From assembly GCA_013265495.1 (NCBI GenBank), contig MU057801.1:1667879-1731878 (forward strand): a stretch of DNA of 64,000 nucleotides, written 5' to 3'. Numbering within the stretch: the stretch's first letter is position 1; each line of letters begins with the position of its first letter. The notes beneath the pieces are model-generated. The model saw only the letters and a list, made by a program, of their open reading frames with translations, did no database searches and was not told where the DNA came from. Both the position numbers and the translations under genes were made by a program. The DNA comes from Vicugna vicugna. Its lineage: Eukaryota. This document shows, in pieces, positions 22,636 through 36,945 of this stretch.

Positions 22636-22970
22636 CTGCCTTAGGTGGGAATCTTCCAGAAGCTGATCCTGAGACAAGGGTTTGGGCACCGGTAGGCTAT
22701 TGGCAGGTGGTGGGGGCTGTGATCCTGGGGAGCTGTGATGGGGTGGGGAGGAGAGACAGGGAAGGGGAAGAAGCCAACAGCACCTTCCACTGCGGGCCAC
22801 GGGGTGCACGCCTGGGGCGTCCTGAGAAATGGCACAGAACACTCCATGGAGGGGCCCGCCCGAGGGAGACATGAACACACCTGATAAAACAGATTCAAAC
22901 CCGTTGCCTCACGGACGACACCGGCCTTCCTAATGGGGCCTTGGACATCACCTCCGTCCACAGACAGCTC
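22636..22970 (-). mobile_element. LTR33/LTR16-like ERVL LTR
   Basis: tgccttaggtggga.tcttccagaagctgatcctgagacaagggtttggg is the antisense LTR16/33 end. Confidence 0.6.
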
Positions 22971-25474
22971 GTCTCATTAACTTGCCGTCACAGCTGAGCC
23001 TTCCCAGTTACGGTGCCTGCGCCTCCTGACTGCGGAGGGATGCGAGCAAGCACATCTCAGGAAGTCAGAGGCCCTTTGCACCCCTGGATTCCTCCTGTGC
23101 TCCCTCCTTTTTACATCCTTAAAAGTGTGTGAGCACCAATGGACAACTGACACCCTGAAGTGACCCAGTGTGATAGACGGTCCCAGCTTTCTCCGTTTGA
23201 CCCCTTCCCACCCCTAACTCGGCACGCCGGCCCCTTTCCTTAATGAGGGGTGGCCCGTCATGACTGGCGGGGATGGCTGGGCACTGGAGAGCAGGCTGCC
23301 CACCTTATACCTGCGTCCACGACCCCGCCCTCCTGCCCGTCAGCACAGATTCTTGCTCACAGCCGGGTCCCCAGGCCCCCTTGTTATGCTCGCCAGATGC
23401 CAGTGCAGCACCAGAAGAGCATCAGGTAATATGATTTAAATAAATTATTGCTCACTCAGAGGAAAGAACGCTGGCCTCTGCTTCTCTGTGTGCCAGAGAC
23501 ACCAAAAGCTGCAGATGCGACTTGGCACTCATGTTCTCCAGATGCCTCGCCCTCTTCTCACTTCTCACAAGGCGTGTGGGATCTGGACCCCGGCGCCATG
23601 AGGTCTGTAAGCCTGCTGAGCGGGTGATGGAGACCTGGCTTCGTCTTCCGACCAAAAGCTTGGGCAGAAGAAAGGAGAGGTACTTCCTGTCTTCGCAGGT
23701 GGGCGAGGGCTGACTTGCTCCACGCCCTAGTCGAGGCTTCGCCATGACAGGAGGGGAGACATGGCTCTGAAACCGAGGGAGTGCCTTTGGGTTCACTTCC
23801 TGTCCCTGTTTGTGATCCACCAGGGCGCTGGTTACACTGGCGGTAGATTTCAGATATTTTGGCTCCCCGTGTTTAGCAGTTCTTAACTGGTCTGCCCCAC
23901 CGTCATGGACTGATGAGTGCCTTCCCCCCAAATTTTAAATCAACTGAACTTCAATTTAAAAAGAGAAGCATGGTTCTACCCGCTCGGTTTTCTAGGACTT
24001 CACAACTCGAGGTAGAATTAAAATGTGGGACCAAATTGTAATTGTGCAACTGTCTATTAACACGTAATTTAAGTGGAAACCCCTGCGGCAGCTCTGGGAG
24101 TTACTGGATATTTCTCGAAGGAAGGGCTTGCTGGCCTGTCAGCACTTGAAGAGAGCGGCCGGCTCTCCTGGGGTCAGCCGCCGGGCTCGCTGTGAGCCGC
24201 CCCTTCCAGGCCGCCCCTGGCCCTGGGCAGCGTCCTGGGGTCTGGCTGCTTCTCCTGAGCACGGGGGTTTTCCTTCTATTTCCTCAGGCCCGTCCTGGGG
24301 GCCGCGGCTCTTCCCAGTCCTCTGTCCTCCCCGACTCCTTTCATAGAAGGCCAGCAGTGTGATCTGAAGACCCCCTCCCCATGCCTGCCTCCTGCCTCCT
24401 CATCCACAGGTGGTGCCCAGACACATCGTTTGCCCTCTTAACTCCGCCTTGGCGTCTGCTTCCTGAAGGACCCAACTGATATTCCCTGAATAAGGTTAAA
24501 CCATGCGTGTTTCGCTTCTGCATTTTTACTTAATCTCCTGCCTCATGGCTGCCAGTTGAAGGGCCAGAAAAACCATAGAAGAACCCAGAAATTTGGTTTG
24601 GGGGAGCTTGTTATGGCATTTGAGAGCCAGCAAAGAGATTTCCTTTTTATTTGACTGAGTCTGACTCCCTAGTTTCTAGAGTTGCTAAGTGCCCTGAATT
24701 TATTTTGCATCTGAAAGACCATCATGATTATCTGCTGGGTTCTTTATGGTTGTCTAACCAAAGAACCACCTCTCACGTAGCGATGTGTGTACGGTTAAGC
24801 CAAATGACTCAAGCTTCAACTGGCTTTCCTATGGTGATATTTTAACCATAAATGTCAACACAAAGAAGTGGAAAGATGTATGAATCACAGTGTTGCTGTA
24901 TTTAGAGTAAAGCCTCTCACCTCCGGAGAAGGCTCTCGGGTGGCTCATTCCACACCTGTGTTCCGGTGTGCAGCCTCTCAGGGAAAAAAGAGCCCACAGG
25001 GTTCAAGAAAGTCCAGCTTTAAATGCAGCCATCGGTTACCACTGCCTTAGGCGAGGGCAGCAGCCACTCCCTGGAGCTCAAAGGCAGCACATCAGCTTGT
25101 TACGCTGGGTCGACCAGGAGCGTCACGACAAACTCTGGACGTGCTCTGCTCTGCAGGTAATGGAGTTCTGATGATGGTGGAAGGTTTGCTCTGTGTCTTG
25201 ACAGCCTTTTAGCACCCAGAAAACCACGCTGTCTGCCAGAACAGATTAAAAGGGAAAGGCAGTTAGGCATGTGGACATTGCATTTCTAAACTTACAATTG
25301 TGGGAAACTTTGACCCTGTGAGTCCTCAGATGTTCAGGCGAAGTTCCTTTGAGCTGAAGAGCAGTCTATATTGCAGAAGCTAAAATGTGGCTTAGTTTCT
25401 AAGATTTGCAGATACATACATAAGCTAGTGGCTAGCATGTTTTTCAAGATGAGGTGAAAAATGAAAGCCCTAGC

Positions 25475-25635
25475 ATAAAAATCTTGCCTCTTTCTAGCTG
25501 TGGGATCCTGGACCAGTTAATTAACCTCTCTGAACCTCTGTTTTCTCATGTATAAAAATGGTGACCCTTGTACCCAGATAATGGAACTGCTGTGAGGATG
25601 TTGGTAGGACAAGTATGCTCAGAGTGAACTTTGAA
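25475..25635 (+). mobile_element. MIR SINE
   Basis: Core: ctagctgtgggatcctggaccagttaattaacctctctgaacctctgttttctcatgtataaaaatgg...tgtgaggat. Confidence 0.85.
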
Positions 25636-27399
25636 TGAATGATTCCAAGCTTAAATGGTGGTGAGGATGCTGATGAATAAAATGCAGAAATGTAAATGAA
25701 ATGTTGCAAAATCACTTGGAGCCTTTTTCACAGTAACTGTTTGGTTTCTCGACACTATTTTTTAAAATCACAAATACCAGAAACAATTGTTATAAACTCG
25801 GAATCAGTGAGATTCATTTAATAAGACCCATGGAGTATGCTGAGGATCGTTCAGATGCTCATGGAATTTATTTGAGTATTTGCTGCATAATTGGGATTAA
25901 AAGTATACTTCTTAAATATTTCTGAAGTAAACACGGTTAGTTCCATCCTCCAAAACAGATCTCAAGTGTATTAATAAGCCTACTCCGTAAGTGGCTTTTA
26001 CTTCTCCTTGTTTTTTAATTCTGAGGAGAAATTTTGAAGATCATGTTGAAATAGAGCCAGATGGTCAGATCTGACTTTTCACATTAGGTGAATGCTCATA
26101 ATTTACTTTACCCTGAAGCAACCACAAAAGCAGAAATCATGGTGGATGGTCTCCAAGAACATCAAATCCAAATAATCTCAGGGGTTTTCTCTTCTGTCAA
26201 ACATTTCACCAAATGTCATGAGAAACATATCTTTCATGTCCTTTTCATTTTTAAAGCGGCTGTGTCCTTTATAGTGGAGGAAAGGCGTCTGGGGGTGTGT
26301 TTTAAATTTCCACATATAATAACATTCTGCTCTCGAAATGCAGCTTTTCCTTTTTTAAGCCAATGCAAAGCTTTTTGTATAAGCGCAGTCGATTCATTTA
26401 ATTCTCTTTCGGATAAAACTTCTAAAATCTGAAATCACTCTCTTCTACTTTAAGTAGAACAAAGAAACCGTTATGATTTTAAGCTCGTAAGACTTTTTCA
26501 TCATTTTCCACTGGATGGGATTTTTTTGAAATTGATGAATAGGTAACATATAGCAGGTCAAGATGATAACTAATCTGACTTTTAAGGAAAGAAATGCAGG
26601 CTTGTGCAGCAGAAGAATTGGGAAATGTGTTGTCTAAATATGTCATGGGATAGATTGACTTTAATCTGTAACATATGTGAAGTTTAATCACTAAGCAATG
26701 AATTTCTCTTCTGAGGTCCGTATGGCGAATATCAGTGGATATAATATTTTTTGAGCTCAATGAAATGCCCAAGACCAATCTCTCAGGATTTAATTACCCA
26801 CTTAAAAGTCCCCAGAGTTCTCGGGGGGGAGCCCGGAGACCCCATAGATCATGCTCTTTGAGGGTAGTTCTGCATTGGAAGGCGCGCCCAAGGCGAGGGG
26901 TCGCCTCTACCTGGGTTTTGCTGTGGGTGAGCACAGAGCAGGGAGCCTGCCCCCCGTTCACCGGGGGCCTCATGGATCCCACAGACCCCAGGGCCTTGCC
27001 ACCCGACGCTGATGGCGATGGTGGTAAGAACTGAATGCAGTAACGGCACTGGCGTCCAGCTAATGAGCGCTTGCTGTACGCTAGGCACCATGGGAGCTGT
27101 TTTAAACGAAGAGTCTCTCAGTTCCACATCATTCACTTGCTGCTTTATTGAGTTTCTCCCACTCGCCTCCCACAGCCGGGCCTTGGCTGAGCCCCTCCCA
27201 GCACCGGCACCGCTGTGGGGACGCCTGCAGTGGCTTTGCAGACACCGGCTGTACCACGGGGGAGGCTGGCGCTGTGCTCACGAGACACGGAGCAGTGGAG
27301 GTGGAGGACCAGGTCTAGATTGCGCAGACTCTTCAGGAACGGCTTGTCTAGGGAGGTGTCATCCGAGCTGAGACCGATGGCCCTGGAAGGACCACCCTG

Positions 27400-27970
27400 A
27401 GGGAACAGCAGGTGTCGCTCCCAGAGGTGGGGAGGGCTTGGCAGGTGCGAGCAGGAGAGATGGGGCCCGTGTGGCTGGAGGGCGGGCCTGAGAGGGAGAG
27501 GGTGACCGGCGGGCCGGGGGGTGGGCATGGTGGTGCTGAGGTTGCGCTGGGCACGTTGGATGTTCTTGGGCAGGAATGCACACAGAGCCCTGAAGGATTG
27601 GAAGCTGGTAGTGACGTGAGCTCAGTTGTGACTTTAAGATTCCTCCATGTGCAGTCCAAGATGGGGCGGGTGTCGATAACATGTGGCCTCCAATTAGGAA
27701 GCTCCAGGGGCCACCATCCCGACAGGGACGGCTGTGTGAGCCGCGGTGGGGGCAGGGAGGTGGTGGGCAGTGAACTGACGTGACTGGCTGGTGAGGTCAA
27801 CATAAAGGATGAGAGAAGGGAGGGCTTCGGGCTTAGCAGCCTGGCTGGCAAAGAGACCGATGAGGAAGAGGGGAAATTTGAGTGAAGGAAGACTTTAAGG
27901 ATGAAGGTCAGGAGAGTTATTTTAGATATCTTAATTTTGAGGAATCACTTGGACATCCAGCCCCAGAATT
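27400..27970 (-). mobile_element. Degenerate L2 fragment
   Basis: gaaggtcaggagagttattttagatatcttaattttgaggaatcacttggacatccag. Confidence 0.5.
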
Positions 27971-30259
27971 CCAGCAGGTAGACTCGCTACAGATCCACAC
28001 TGCCTTACCCACAATTTAAGAATCAATAAATCTCCAAGAAATGAAAATTTTTCGTAGCTCCTTAGAGGGACCTGAGCCGACCTGCGGCGGCCTTGGTTTG
28101 TCCCCCTGGGACCATTCCTATTCAGAGCAGAGCTGTTGGTGTCTGACCGCAGGCTGCTTCCCCAGACCCCATGACATGTGCTCAGATTAACTGTCTGCAA
28201 TTCTCAAGGTGGAAACCCGTTTGCCTCTCCCTCCCTGCCCCTGGGTTTGGCGTGAGGATGTGGGTTTCTCTCCAAGTCTGGACGTCAGTGGAAGGGACAA
28301 TCCTGGAGAGGCATGTTTGGGGACACCATTGGGGGACAAGGAAGAGGAAGTGGCTTTGGGAAGGCCACGATCACTCTCTGACGTTTGGGAGTTTCAGCAG
28401 GAAGACCCCGAGTCCTTGAAAATGCCAGTGTGCCCTCTGAAGTCGGTCAGAGGAGGCAGGATGTCCCGGCAGGGCAGGCCCGCCCTGGGAGGCTCGGTTA
28501 GCTCAGCTCCGAGCCCTGCCTTGGCCGGAGACAGCAGGCCGCCAGAGCCCACAGCCCTGGCTCTGACGGCCCCGCACAGCCTTCCACCAGGACTTCCAGG
28601 GGTGCCTCTCATGCTGGATGGTGATTAATCACGACTTAGAAATCATTTTATTTTATTAAGTGCTTTTTATTTATTAAGACAGGCATGCATTTTCCCCCCT
28701 AACATTCAGGGTATAAAAATGCCATAGTCCTCCATTTTTACATAAAGTATCAAATTAAATACAGCTTGAGCTCCCCCTCAGCAGCCTAGGTAGGAAACCG
28801 AGGATCTGTGAGTTTGGGGCGGGGGAGGGGGGTTGGGACCCTTCTTCCATCATCCCCCCGACTCCAGAGCCTCAGGGCTGACTCACTGGGGGCAAGTGGG
28901 GAGGTTCCTGTCTTCAGGCATTGGTGACGGGCCATCACGGCCGCTGTTCCTAGCTCAGGCCCCTGGCCCATTTGAGGCCGGCCAGCTCCCTGTAAGCCAT
29001 GACCACCCAATGAGCCCTCTGCTGTCGGGGGCCTGGTATCTGGGGCTGCACCTCCGTCATCCATGTGACCTCTGCCCGGGGAGAAGATGGCCTTTGCCCT
29101 CCATGGGACACTATCCTTCTCTGCAGTGGCATCTTCCCTGTGGGTGGTCCCTCCAGTCTTTGACCGCGAAGCCCCCAGTTCCCCTGCACACCTCAGTCCT
29201 CCAACACTTCCCTCCTGGGAGGTGGGAGAGCCACACACTCGGCTCCAGGTGAGTCTGCAGCAGCAGCGGGGACAGGAGCTCCCAGCAGGGCTCCGTGCCC
29301 CCCGGCAGAGTCAACAGAGCCGGCCAACAAGCAGCAGACCCTCCAAATAGCTCCCCGTTGTTTGTTCTCAGCGTGTAAAACGTAAGGTGCTTGGTAGCAT
29401 CGTGGCCTGGAAGGAGGTAGAGGGAAAGGCTTGAGGGAGGAAAACTGTATGGAGTAAGCATGATTTGATCTGCAGCTTGGACAGCCTTCCAGAAGTTTCC
29501 CCAGTTGTTCCAAGGGACGTAGGCGATCCTCAGAACACAATCACAGCTATGTCTCTAAACTGTCACCCAATGAGACATTTTGAAAAAAGACTGATATAAC
29601 ATCACTAATCAGGTAAACCCTATGGGGTGTTTTGTTTTTTAAATCTGCTCCCCACTCCCCAGCCCCGTAGTTACATTAATATGTGCTGATTGAAGAACAG
29701 TTTTTTTAAACTAGATTTTTCACTTTTTAGAAAAGGTTTGGCATATCTGATATGATTTTTAAAATGTTCCTTTTCATATTCTTTTCCATTGTAAGTCACT
29801 GTAAGAACAACTTGAAAATGCAGGAAGTGCTGTGAAGAATAAGAGCACGTTGCCCACAGCGCCCCTCCCAGGGGGGACCTTCGCGACACGCCAGCTCCCC
29901 GTCCAGGCTTGCGTCTGAGGCTGGCTCTGCGTCTGGGTCTCTGTGTTTGCAGAGCTGGGGGATTAGGGCGTGTTCGGGCTGCGTCCTGTTTTTCTCTCCA
30001 TAGTGTTGGATTGTCAAGTTTCATTCTCGGGAAACAAGCCTGAGAAGGAAGAGAGGAGGCCAGCCTCGCAGTTCACACCCAGAAACGGGCGGGCACGCCT
30101 CTCCTTCCCTCAGCCAGACGCACGAGCTCTCCAGGAGCAGGACAGAGGACAAAGGGTGGAGCAGGGGCGCCAGCCTCGCTTCGCGGCCGCCTCTGCAGGA
30201 CCCGGCAAGGACCGGGCGTCTTTGACCATTTCCCCCTCTCGGTTGCTGCTTCTTTCTCA

Positions 30260-30301
30260 TGTTTTTTGTTTGTTTTGTTTTGTTTTGTTTTGTTTTGTTT
30301 G
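30260..30301. repeat. (TTTTG)n / (TTTG)n simple repeat
   Basis: tgttttttgtttgttttgttttgttttgttttgttttgtttg. Confidence 0.9.
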
Positions 30302-33300
30302 TAATGTTCTGATTCATGTCTGGCTATAGTTCTAACTTTTTCCTCAGGATAAACAGGTTGAAGGCCAAGGCCAAGGTCAAAGAACATAAACGTTTATGTC
30401 AGCATTTGCTCAGGACACTGCTTTTCTCTTCAAGTAATATATTGTCGTCTTAAAATTTGGAAGAATCACCAAAAAAGAACCCCATAAAACGAGTAACACC
30501 GAAATCCTAAATACTCCTCCAACCTGGAGAAGAGCCCTGTCAGTCCTGTGGCGCCCGTGCTCCCGCGTGGCGCTGGGAACGCGTGCGCCGCTGTTTCTGT
30601 GACTATCACTCACTGTTAGTTGTAGCTCCCCATGTGATTGAATAGTATTGGAAAACGGGGCTTCAGCGTCTTGACCCCCCTCCCACGTCACGCCGAACTG
30701 AGCCACGTCCCCTTCGTGGGCTCTGCTGGGCCCTCCCCCCCTTCACTCTCTCAGACACCATTGCCATCAACATCTCCAGCAGGGGTCTTTGAAAGCCTGC
30801 TGGCTCAATCCCACCCAGGGATCAAGGGCATTGAAAGCAGGATGCACACAGGGGCCTCTTCCTGCTGCTGTTGGCACGTCTGTGTTCTCTGGGCGATTGC
30901 AGAGAAGCGCCCCTCTGGGTGGATGCGCCTCCTCAGAGAGGACGCACTGGAGAACAGGGCCTCTTTCCTAGGGATGGTGAGCAGAGCACGGGCTAGGTTT
31001 GTGTACCCACCTTCCTGGCCATGTGCTTTTGTTGCAGTGAACAACCTGGCCAACCTTCCAGAGCGGTCCTACCACATGTGACTTTTCAACCAAGGTAGAT
31101 GACAGAGGTGTTTGGCAGATCTAAACGTGGTCAGCCCTAATGCTGCTAATCCGTTAGCTGCTTCAAAATGCCTTCCTGATCATGTCGGAGGTCTGCAGGC
31201 TGGGGCTTCTGTAGGTCTTTCTGCATGGTTTTCATAGCGGCACTGATCGGAGTATGCTTCATTTTTGAAAAAGTAGTCACCACAGGAGTATCTAAACATT
31301 CCATTCAGGCAATTGCATGTATTGTCTGGTTTTCTAATTTACCCAAACTGTGTGATATAAAAAGTCTTACATTATGGACGACAATTAAAAAAAATTACTG
31401 TGATCTTTGGAAAATGTCCCCCCGGCCAATTCAACCGGGCAAATTGTTAAAAACAGCAAGCACCTTGAACACAACCTTGACGTTCATGGTGTGTGAAGTG
31501 AACAGCCCTCCGCCAGTCACTGCGGGGCTCGCTGCTGGTTTTGACGCCCCCCCAGGATTTCCTGGCCTTTTGTCCTAACCTAGTCAGAGTTTTCCGTTCA
31601 AAATTTGGAAAGCAGCTGCCACCCGGAGGCAGACAGAGGACGGATTGCTGACAGGGAAATGGGGACTAAGAGCTCACGTGTCCGTTCTGTGTCTTTCCCA
31701 CCAGTCCTTTCTGTTGCACGTTTTGGCTGATGGTTTTTAGACGTATTCGAGTCGCCCTTTGCAGAGCTGAACTCTGATTCACAGCCAGCTGCTCAGGAGA
31801 CTGAGAAGGCCATGGTGACTTTCCACCCCTCAACTTTTGTACAGAAGCTTCATTGCAAAAATCATTCTAGGCTGGTGGACCCCCTGCTGAAAACTGGCTC
31901 ACATCCCCTCGGATTGTAAAGCAGCGCCCAGACGGCACCGGGCAGACAGGGACGCCTGCAGGCCTGGTGCGGTCAGGGGACTTGCCCCGACTCGTTCTTA
32001 ACTTTCTATTTTGAAAAATCTCAGACTTAAAGTTTTGAAGTAGCTTACAGGATGTCTATGTCTCTCCACCCACGTTCTCCCAATGTCATCACTTGGCACG
32101 TTTCCTCTGTCGCCTGATTCTCTCTCCCGCCGTGTGTGCTTTCTGAGCACAACGAGGCTCCCGTAGGTACCGGGCGCAGCGCCCAGGCCAGGAGGTCAGC
32201 TTCAGCACAGCACTGGTGCCCAGGCTGCAGCCCTGCTCTCTTTTTACCCGCCGGACTCGCCCTCACCAACACCAGGACTGGTCGGCCTCAGAACCTCTGA
32301 CGCGACGAATGCACAACCTGCGTCCAGTCACACATCACACAACCCAGAGCGAGGGGCACCCCTGAGCGTAACTGGACAGCACTCTGCAAAAGGGTCACAG
32401 GAACCAGACAAGCAGGTAGCAGCCTCAGCAGAAACCAGTGGGGAAACTTCCAAACACACAGCCCGGCAGCTCTGTCAGGCTGAACGGCTTGTGTGGACGA
32501 AGATGAACTAAGTAGCTTAACCACTGGACAGGGTCCCAGAAAGGCAGATCCTCTCATTCTCATGGAACCCGACGGCACGCTCATAAACACGTCCGCACTC
32601 GGCCCCATGTGTGACAGCGCAGACAGCGTTCCCGGGCATCACCCCCGCCCAGTGTAAGCTGTTACCCTGCAGCCTGACTGAGGCTCGGAGCCTGCAGCCT
32701 GGCTGTGTGTCTCTCCTTGGCCACGAGCTCCTGCAGGACCCGGCGCCCCCGGGGGCTTCTGCCTCTGGAATCTGAGCAGAGCACCCCGGGGGACGTCACC
32801 CAGAGCGGAGCTGCTCCCTGCCCCCTTCCACATCCGAGCACCCCATGGCATTTGTAGCGTAGCGAGCAGGAGATTTAGGGGCACTTCTGGCGCACTTGGT
32901 GAGATTTTCATTATGTGTTCTTTATGTTACATAATTACGATAAGAAAATAAAATATGATCCCTTTAGAAAAATTTTAAACATAGAATTTGTATCAATCTT
33001 CCCCATAAAATATTTTACAGTTTTTTCTCCCCACCCCCACTGTTTAATGAGAAACTTGAACTTGCCCCTGTAATCTAACTTTACCTTTGTCAGGTTTTAT
33101 GCTCGGTATGGCTTTACGAAATTCCTCACTTGCCAAGACCTAGGTTAGTCGGGTTTGAAGCTTATACAATTTGAGAGGGAGGGAGAACAGCAAATGGCAA
33201 ATAGAAAACCAGGGACAAAATTAATATTTATTTACAATGAGGAAAAAAGCCATAAGACATTGCTGGAGACCTGGAGATACAGGTCCCTTTTCTTTACAAT

Positions 33301-34299
33301 AGCTTTAGACCATTACCAGAATTACCTACACAGAGAGGGGGTCATGTCTAAAATTCGACCCCCTTCCCCGCCCGCCTCTCTAGTCTCTAAGACTCCCAGC
33401 GATTCTCCCAGAGCTTGGGGACCCCACCCTGGTTACCCCTTCCATAATGCCACCTTCTCATAGTCACTGTGAATGAGAACGTTTGTTTACTCAACAAGTC
33501 ATAAAAACAGCCATTGTGCATCGTTGATAAATGTACAACAGTTGAACTATTAAATAACCAAAAGCTTCCGCTTTTCCTTTATGGAAAAATAAGCGATTTC
33601 AACTTCTTAGGATAATGAGCATGGATTTCTAATTCACTCCACTTCTGTGTGTCACACTCAGGCTTCGAAGGAACGATGAAGATTTATTCTGCAGGATACA
33701 CAAGCCAAGTGACGCCAGTCGTGTTGTGCATGGAGTTTGGACGGAAAGGGCACTTTAGCCACAAAGACGTCCGTTTCTGACACTCTAGAGGACAGGGCTT
33801 TGGGGGCAAGGCCTGGAGTGACACAGACAGGTGCCCCTGCAGGCGCCCCCACTCCCAGGCTCCAGGCTGCCCTGCCAGCCCCACGGCGTCCTGGGGTCCC
33901 CGTAATGCAGCCCCCTGCCAGCTGCTCCATCTCCTCTGCTGGGCACAGCCTCCCCCCTGCACGAGTAGATGGCAGGGGTGAGCAGGGGCTTGGGCCCCAT
34001 GAGGATGCCACTTGTCGTGTGGGGACCACAGAGCAAGCCTGCCTCCCCTGGGCCACTGTCCCAAGAGCCCTAGCCAGGCTGCCTCGGCGTCAAACACAGC
34101 CGTGCCCAGCTGCAGCCGAGGGGCTGGAAATGCCCCCTCTCTCCGCTCCCCTCTCTCACGGGGCCGGATGCTCTGCTCTGAAGAACAGGGTGCTTTGCAA
34201 CTTCAAAAGTTTAGGTCAAAACCATAGACGGTGTGCAGGAAAGAGGGCCTCTAAAGTGACCAAGTAGCCTCAGAGGTTTCTGGCACAGAAACCCTAAGA

Positions 34300-35620
34300 G
34301 AAATCCCGTCGATGGGGCGAGGACAGCAGGAGACCGGCATCAGAGCGACAGCCCGGGGCTCCGCGGTGGCGGCCGAACGCCGTCGGGGGGACAGAGAGGG
34401 CGGCTTCCAGCAGGTTCCCCGGCCCCCAGGCAGCACGGTGCGCGGGACGCCGTGTGCCTCGGGGGCAGCGTCCCGGCGTGTGATGTCCCCTGCAGCCCTG
34501 CGGCCGCGCCGGCCGCCCCGCTTCGCGAGAACCCGGCCCCCAGTTACGAAGATCGGATGGGGAGCTCTCCGAGAGCGGCGGGGAAGGCCTGTGTTTATTT
34601 CCCTTTTTACGTGATTGTAGCATGTCTGGCGTTTCAAGGTCAGCTCTAAGAGGCCACGGGTACCCGCCACACGTTGCTACTGTTGCAGCTCAGCTCATTC
34701 CAGAAAGAAACCTCGGAGCTTCGTCCCGAGGAGCTGAGGAGAAATGCTTCCTCTCCCCGTCTCCGTCGGACGGGCCGTTCTGTACAGATGTACTTGAGCA
34801 CCGAAAACAGACAGAAAGGGGAGGAATCACAGACACGGCACATGATCGCAGCCTTGGGCAGCGCGCGAGGGGGAGAAGACTCTTGCACGGGGGCCGGCTG
34901 AGTTCTCCGCAGATCCGCGGCGCACACGCAGCTCAGGTTACTGTGGTTTCTTTTCCCTGCATGTGCAAATAATCCGTTTGCCTGTAGCACTCGCTGGGGA
35001 GTCACTTTCCCTCTGGATCAACCTTCCTGGGTCTCAAGCCAGCTCCGGCCTGCAGGCCCCCAGCCCCCAAGCCACACGCCGAGGCGGCGCCCCAGCCTGC
35101 TGTCCCCGGGGGGCGGCCCCGCGCCCCGCTCCCCGTCCCCCGCGGCAGCCGGGATTGACCCGGCCCTCCTGCGGGCTCTCCGCGCCACGCGGCTGCAGGG
35201 CTCTCCCTCACCTGCAGCGCTGTGACGGCCAGACCTCACATTTAACATATCGTGGATCCAGAGGAAAATAAATAAGACCCCTCGGCCGAGGCGCCGGGGA
35301 CGCTGCTCCAGCGGGACGCGCAGACCCTGAGGTTTCGCTTCAGGCGGGCCTGCCCTTTGGGGTGAAGGAGACTTCTGGGGAGGTTTTCAGTCAGAATCCC
35401 GAGGCCGGCGAACTCTGACACCCCCAAGGTCATGAGCTTTGCGGGAGGCGCAGGGAAGGCGCGGGAACCCCCGCTTGCAGGCACGCTTTGTTCACGTCCC
35501 CTTCCCGGCCACTGCGGGAGCGAAGCAGCACCTCCGGGCCCGTCAGGCCCCCAGCAGCCTCCGGTGTTTCAGTCAGACCTCCAGCTGCCGCATCGGAGCC
35601 AGCCGAACGCGATCAGAGAA
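34300..35620. promoter_or_regulatory. Orphan CpG island, about 1.3 kb
   Basis: Dense CpG with GC-box-like gggggcggccccgcgccccgc at ~35108-35130. No supported exon. Confidence 0.55.
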
Positions 35621-35855
35621 CAAAAAGCCTGGAAAACTGGGAAGTCTTGGAAAATGGTTTATTAATTTGAGTTTTTTTTTAAAACATGTTTTATCCACAC
35701 ACACATCCACAAATACAGAGATTATAAAGGGGAACAGGTTTATTGAGAATGAAATATAAATTTTATCTACATACATTAGGGCATTTCCTTCAGATTCTTA
35801 ACATCTGTTGATAACGTATTTTTTTGATGTCTGTGATCGAGTTTTTGGCAGGACT

Positions 35856-35876
35856 GTGTGTGTGTGTGTGTGTGTG
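35856..35876. repeat. (TG)n microsatellite
   Basis: Run of about ten TG units. Confidence 0.9.
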
Positions 35877-36739
35877 CATTTTTAGAACTGGAAAGAAAAA
35901 TACAGTAATTTTAAAGTAAACGGAATGAAATGGTTTCTCCCCGTTCAGTATTTTTTTTGTGCTAGTCCTCCTGAAACCACTTCCATCTGCAACTTTATCT
36001 TCAGAAGTTTTAATTATATTTTTAATTTTGCCACTTGATTTTGATGAGTGCTGTTGGCAATGGATTCAGACGGCAGGGCCAGGTTTAATCGATTGCAAGT
36101 GGCGTCTATAACCTCTGGTTGGGGAAGTAAATAGCAGGAGAGCAGAAGCTCAGTGGCACGTTCCCTTCTCTTTCAAACATATGTTCTTGTTTAATAAATT
36201 CTCCCTCAAATAAAATAAGCCCGTAGTTACTGGTGGTCAGTTGCACATAATAGGAGCTACTACAGTTTCCCATTTAAAAAAAAAATACAAGGCGGCAATA
36301 AAGCAAACCATGAGTCTCTTTATTGGGTATGAAGTAATAAACCAGTGGTTATAATGATGCTTCCTATCATGTGCCTTAGAGGAAAACGACCTTGACTGCT
36401 CCGTTTGGCTTGGGGAGGGACGCCTTGGCTCCGTGGTACAGAAAGCCGGTATGCGATCAGATTCCACCTCTCTGCTCTGTGTTCTTACAGCAGCGATCGC
36501 AGCCAGAATTAAGTGCATGACGTGCTGTTGAGTGTCTCAGTCTTCCACGCAGCTCCACCTACGGCCCTGAGTCACCGCAGGTGTGCATGGGATTAGCATC
36601 CACGCGGAGAAGAAAGGCAGACGGGATGGAGGGAAGCAGAGAGGAGAAGAGAGAGAGAAGAGCAAGTGGGAAAAAATGAAAGGAGGAGGAGACAATGGCC
36701 AAGAAAGGAAGACAAGGAAAAAGAAAGTAGAAAAGATCA

Positions 36740-36945
36740 AAATGCACAATAGATAAACAAGACTATACTATGTGGCACAGGGAAATATATACAAGATCTT
36801 GTGGCAGCTCACAGCGAAAAAGAATGCGACAATGAACATATGTACGTTCATGTATAACTGAAAAATTGTGCTCTGCACTGGAATTCGACAACATCGTAAA
36901 CTGACTACAACTCAATAAAAAATGTTAGGAAAAAGAAAAGAAAGC
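36740..36945 (+). mobile_element. Truncated camelid L1 3' end (second subfamily)
   Basis: aatagataaacaagactatactatgtggcacagggaaatatatacaagatcttgtggcagctcacagcgaaaaagaatg...gtataactgaaaaattgtgctct...ctcaataaaaaa plus an A-rich tail. Confidence 0.85.
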
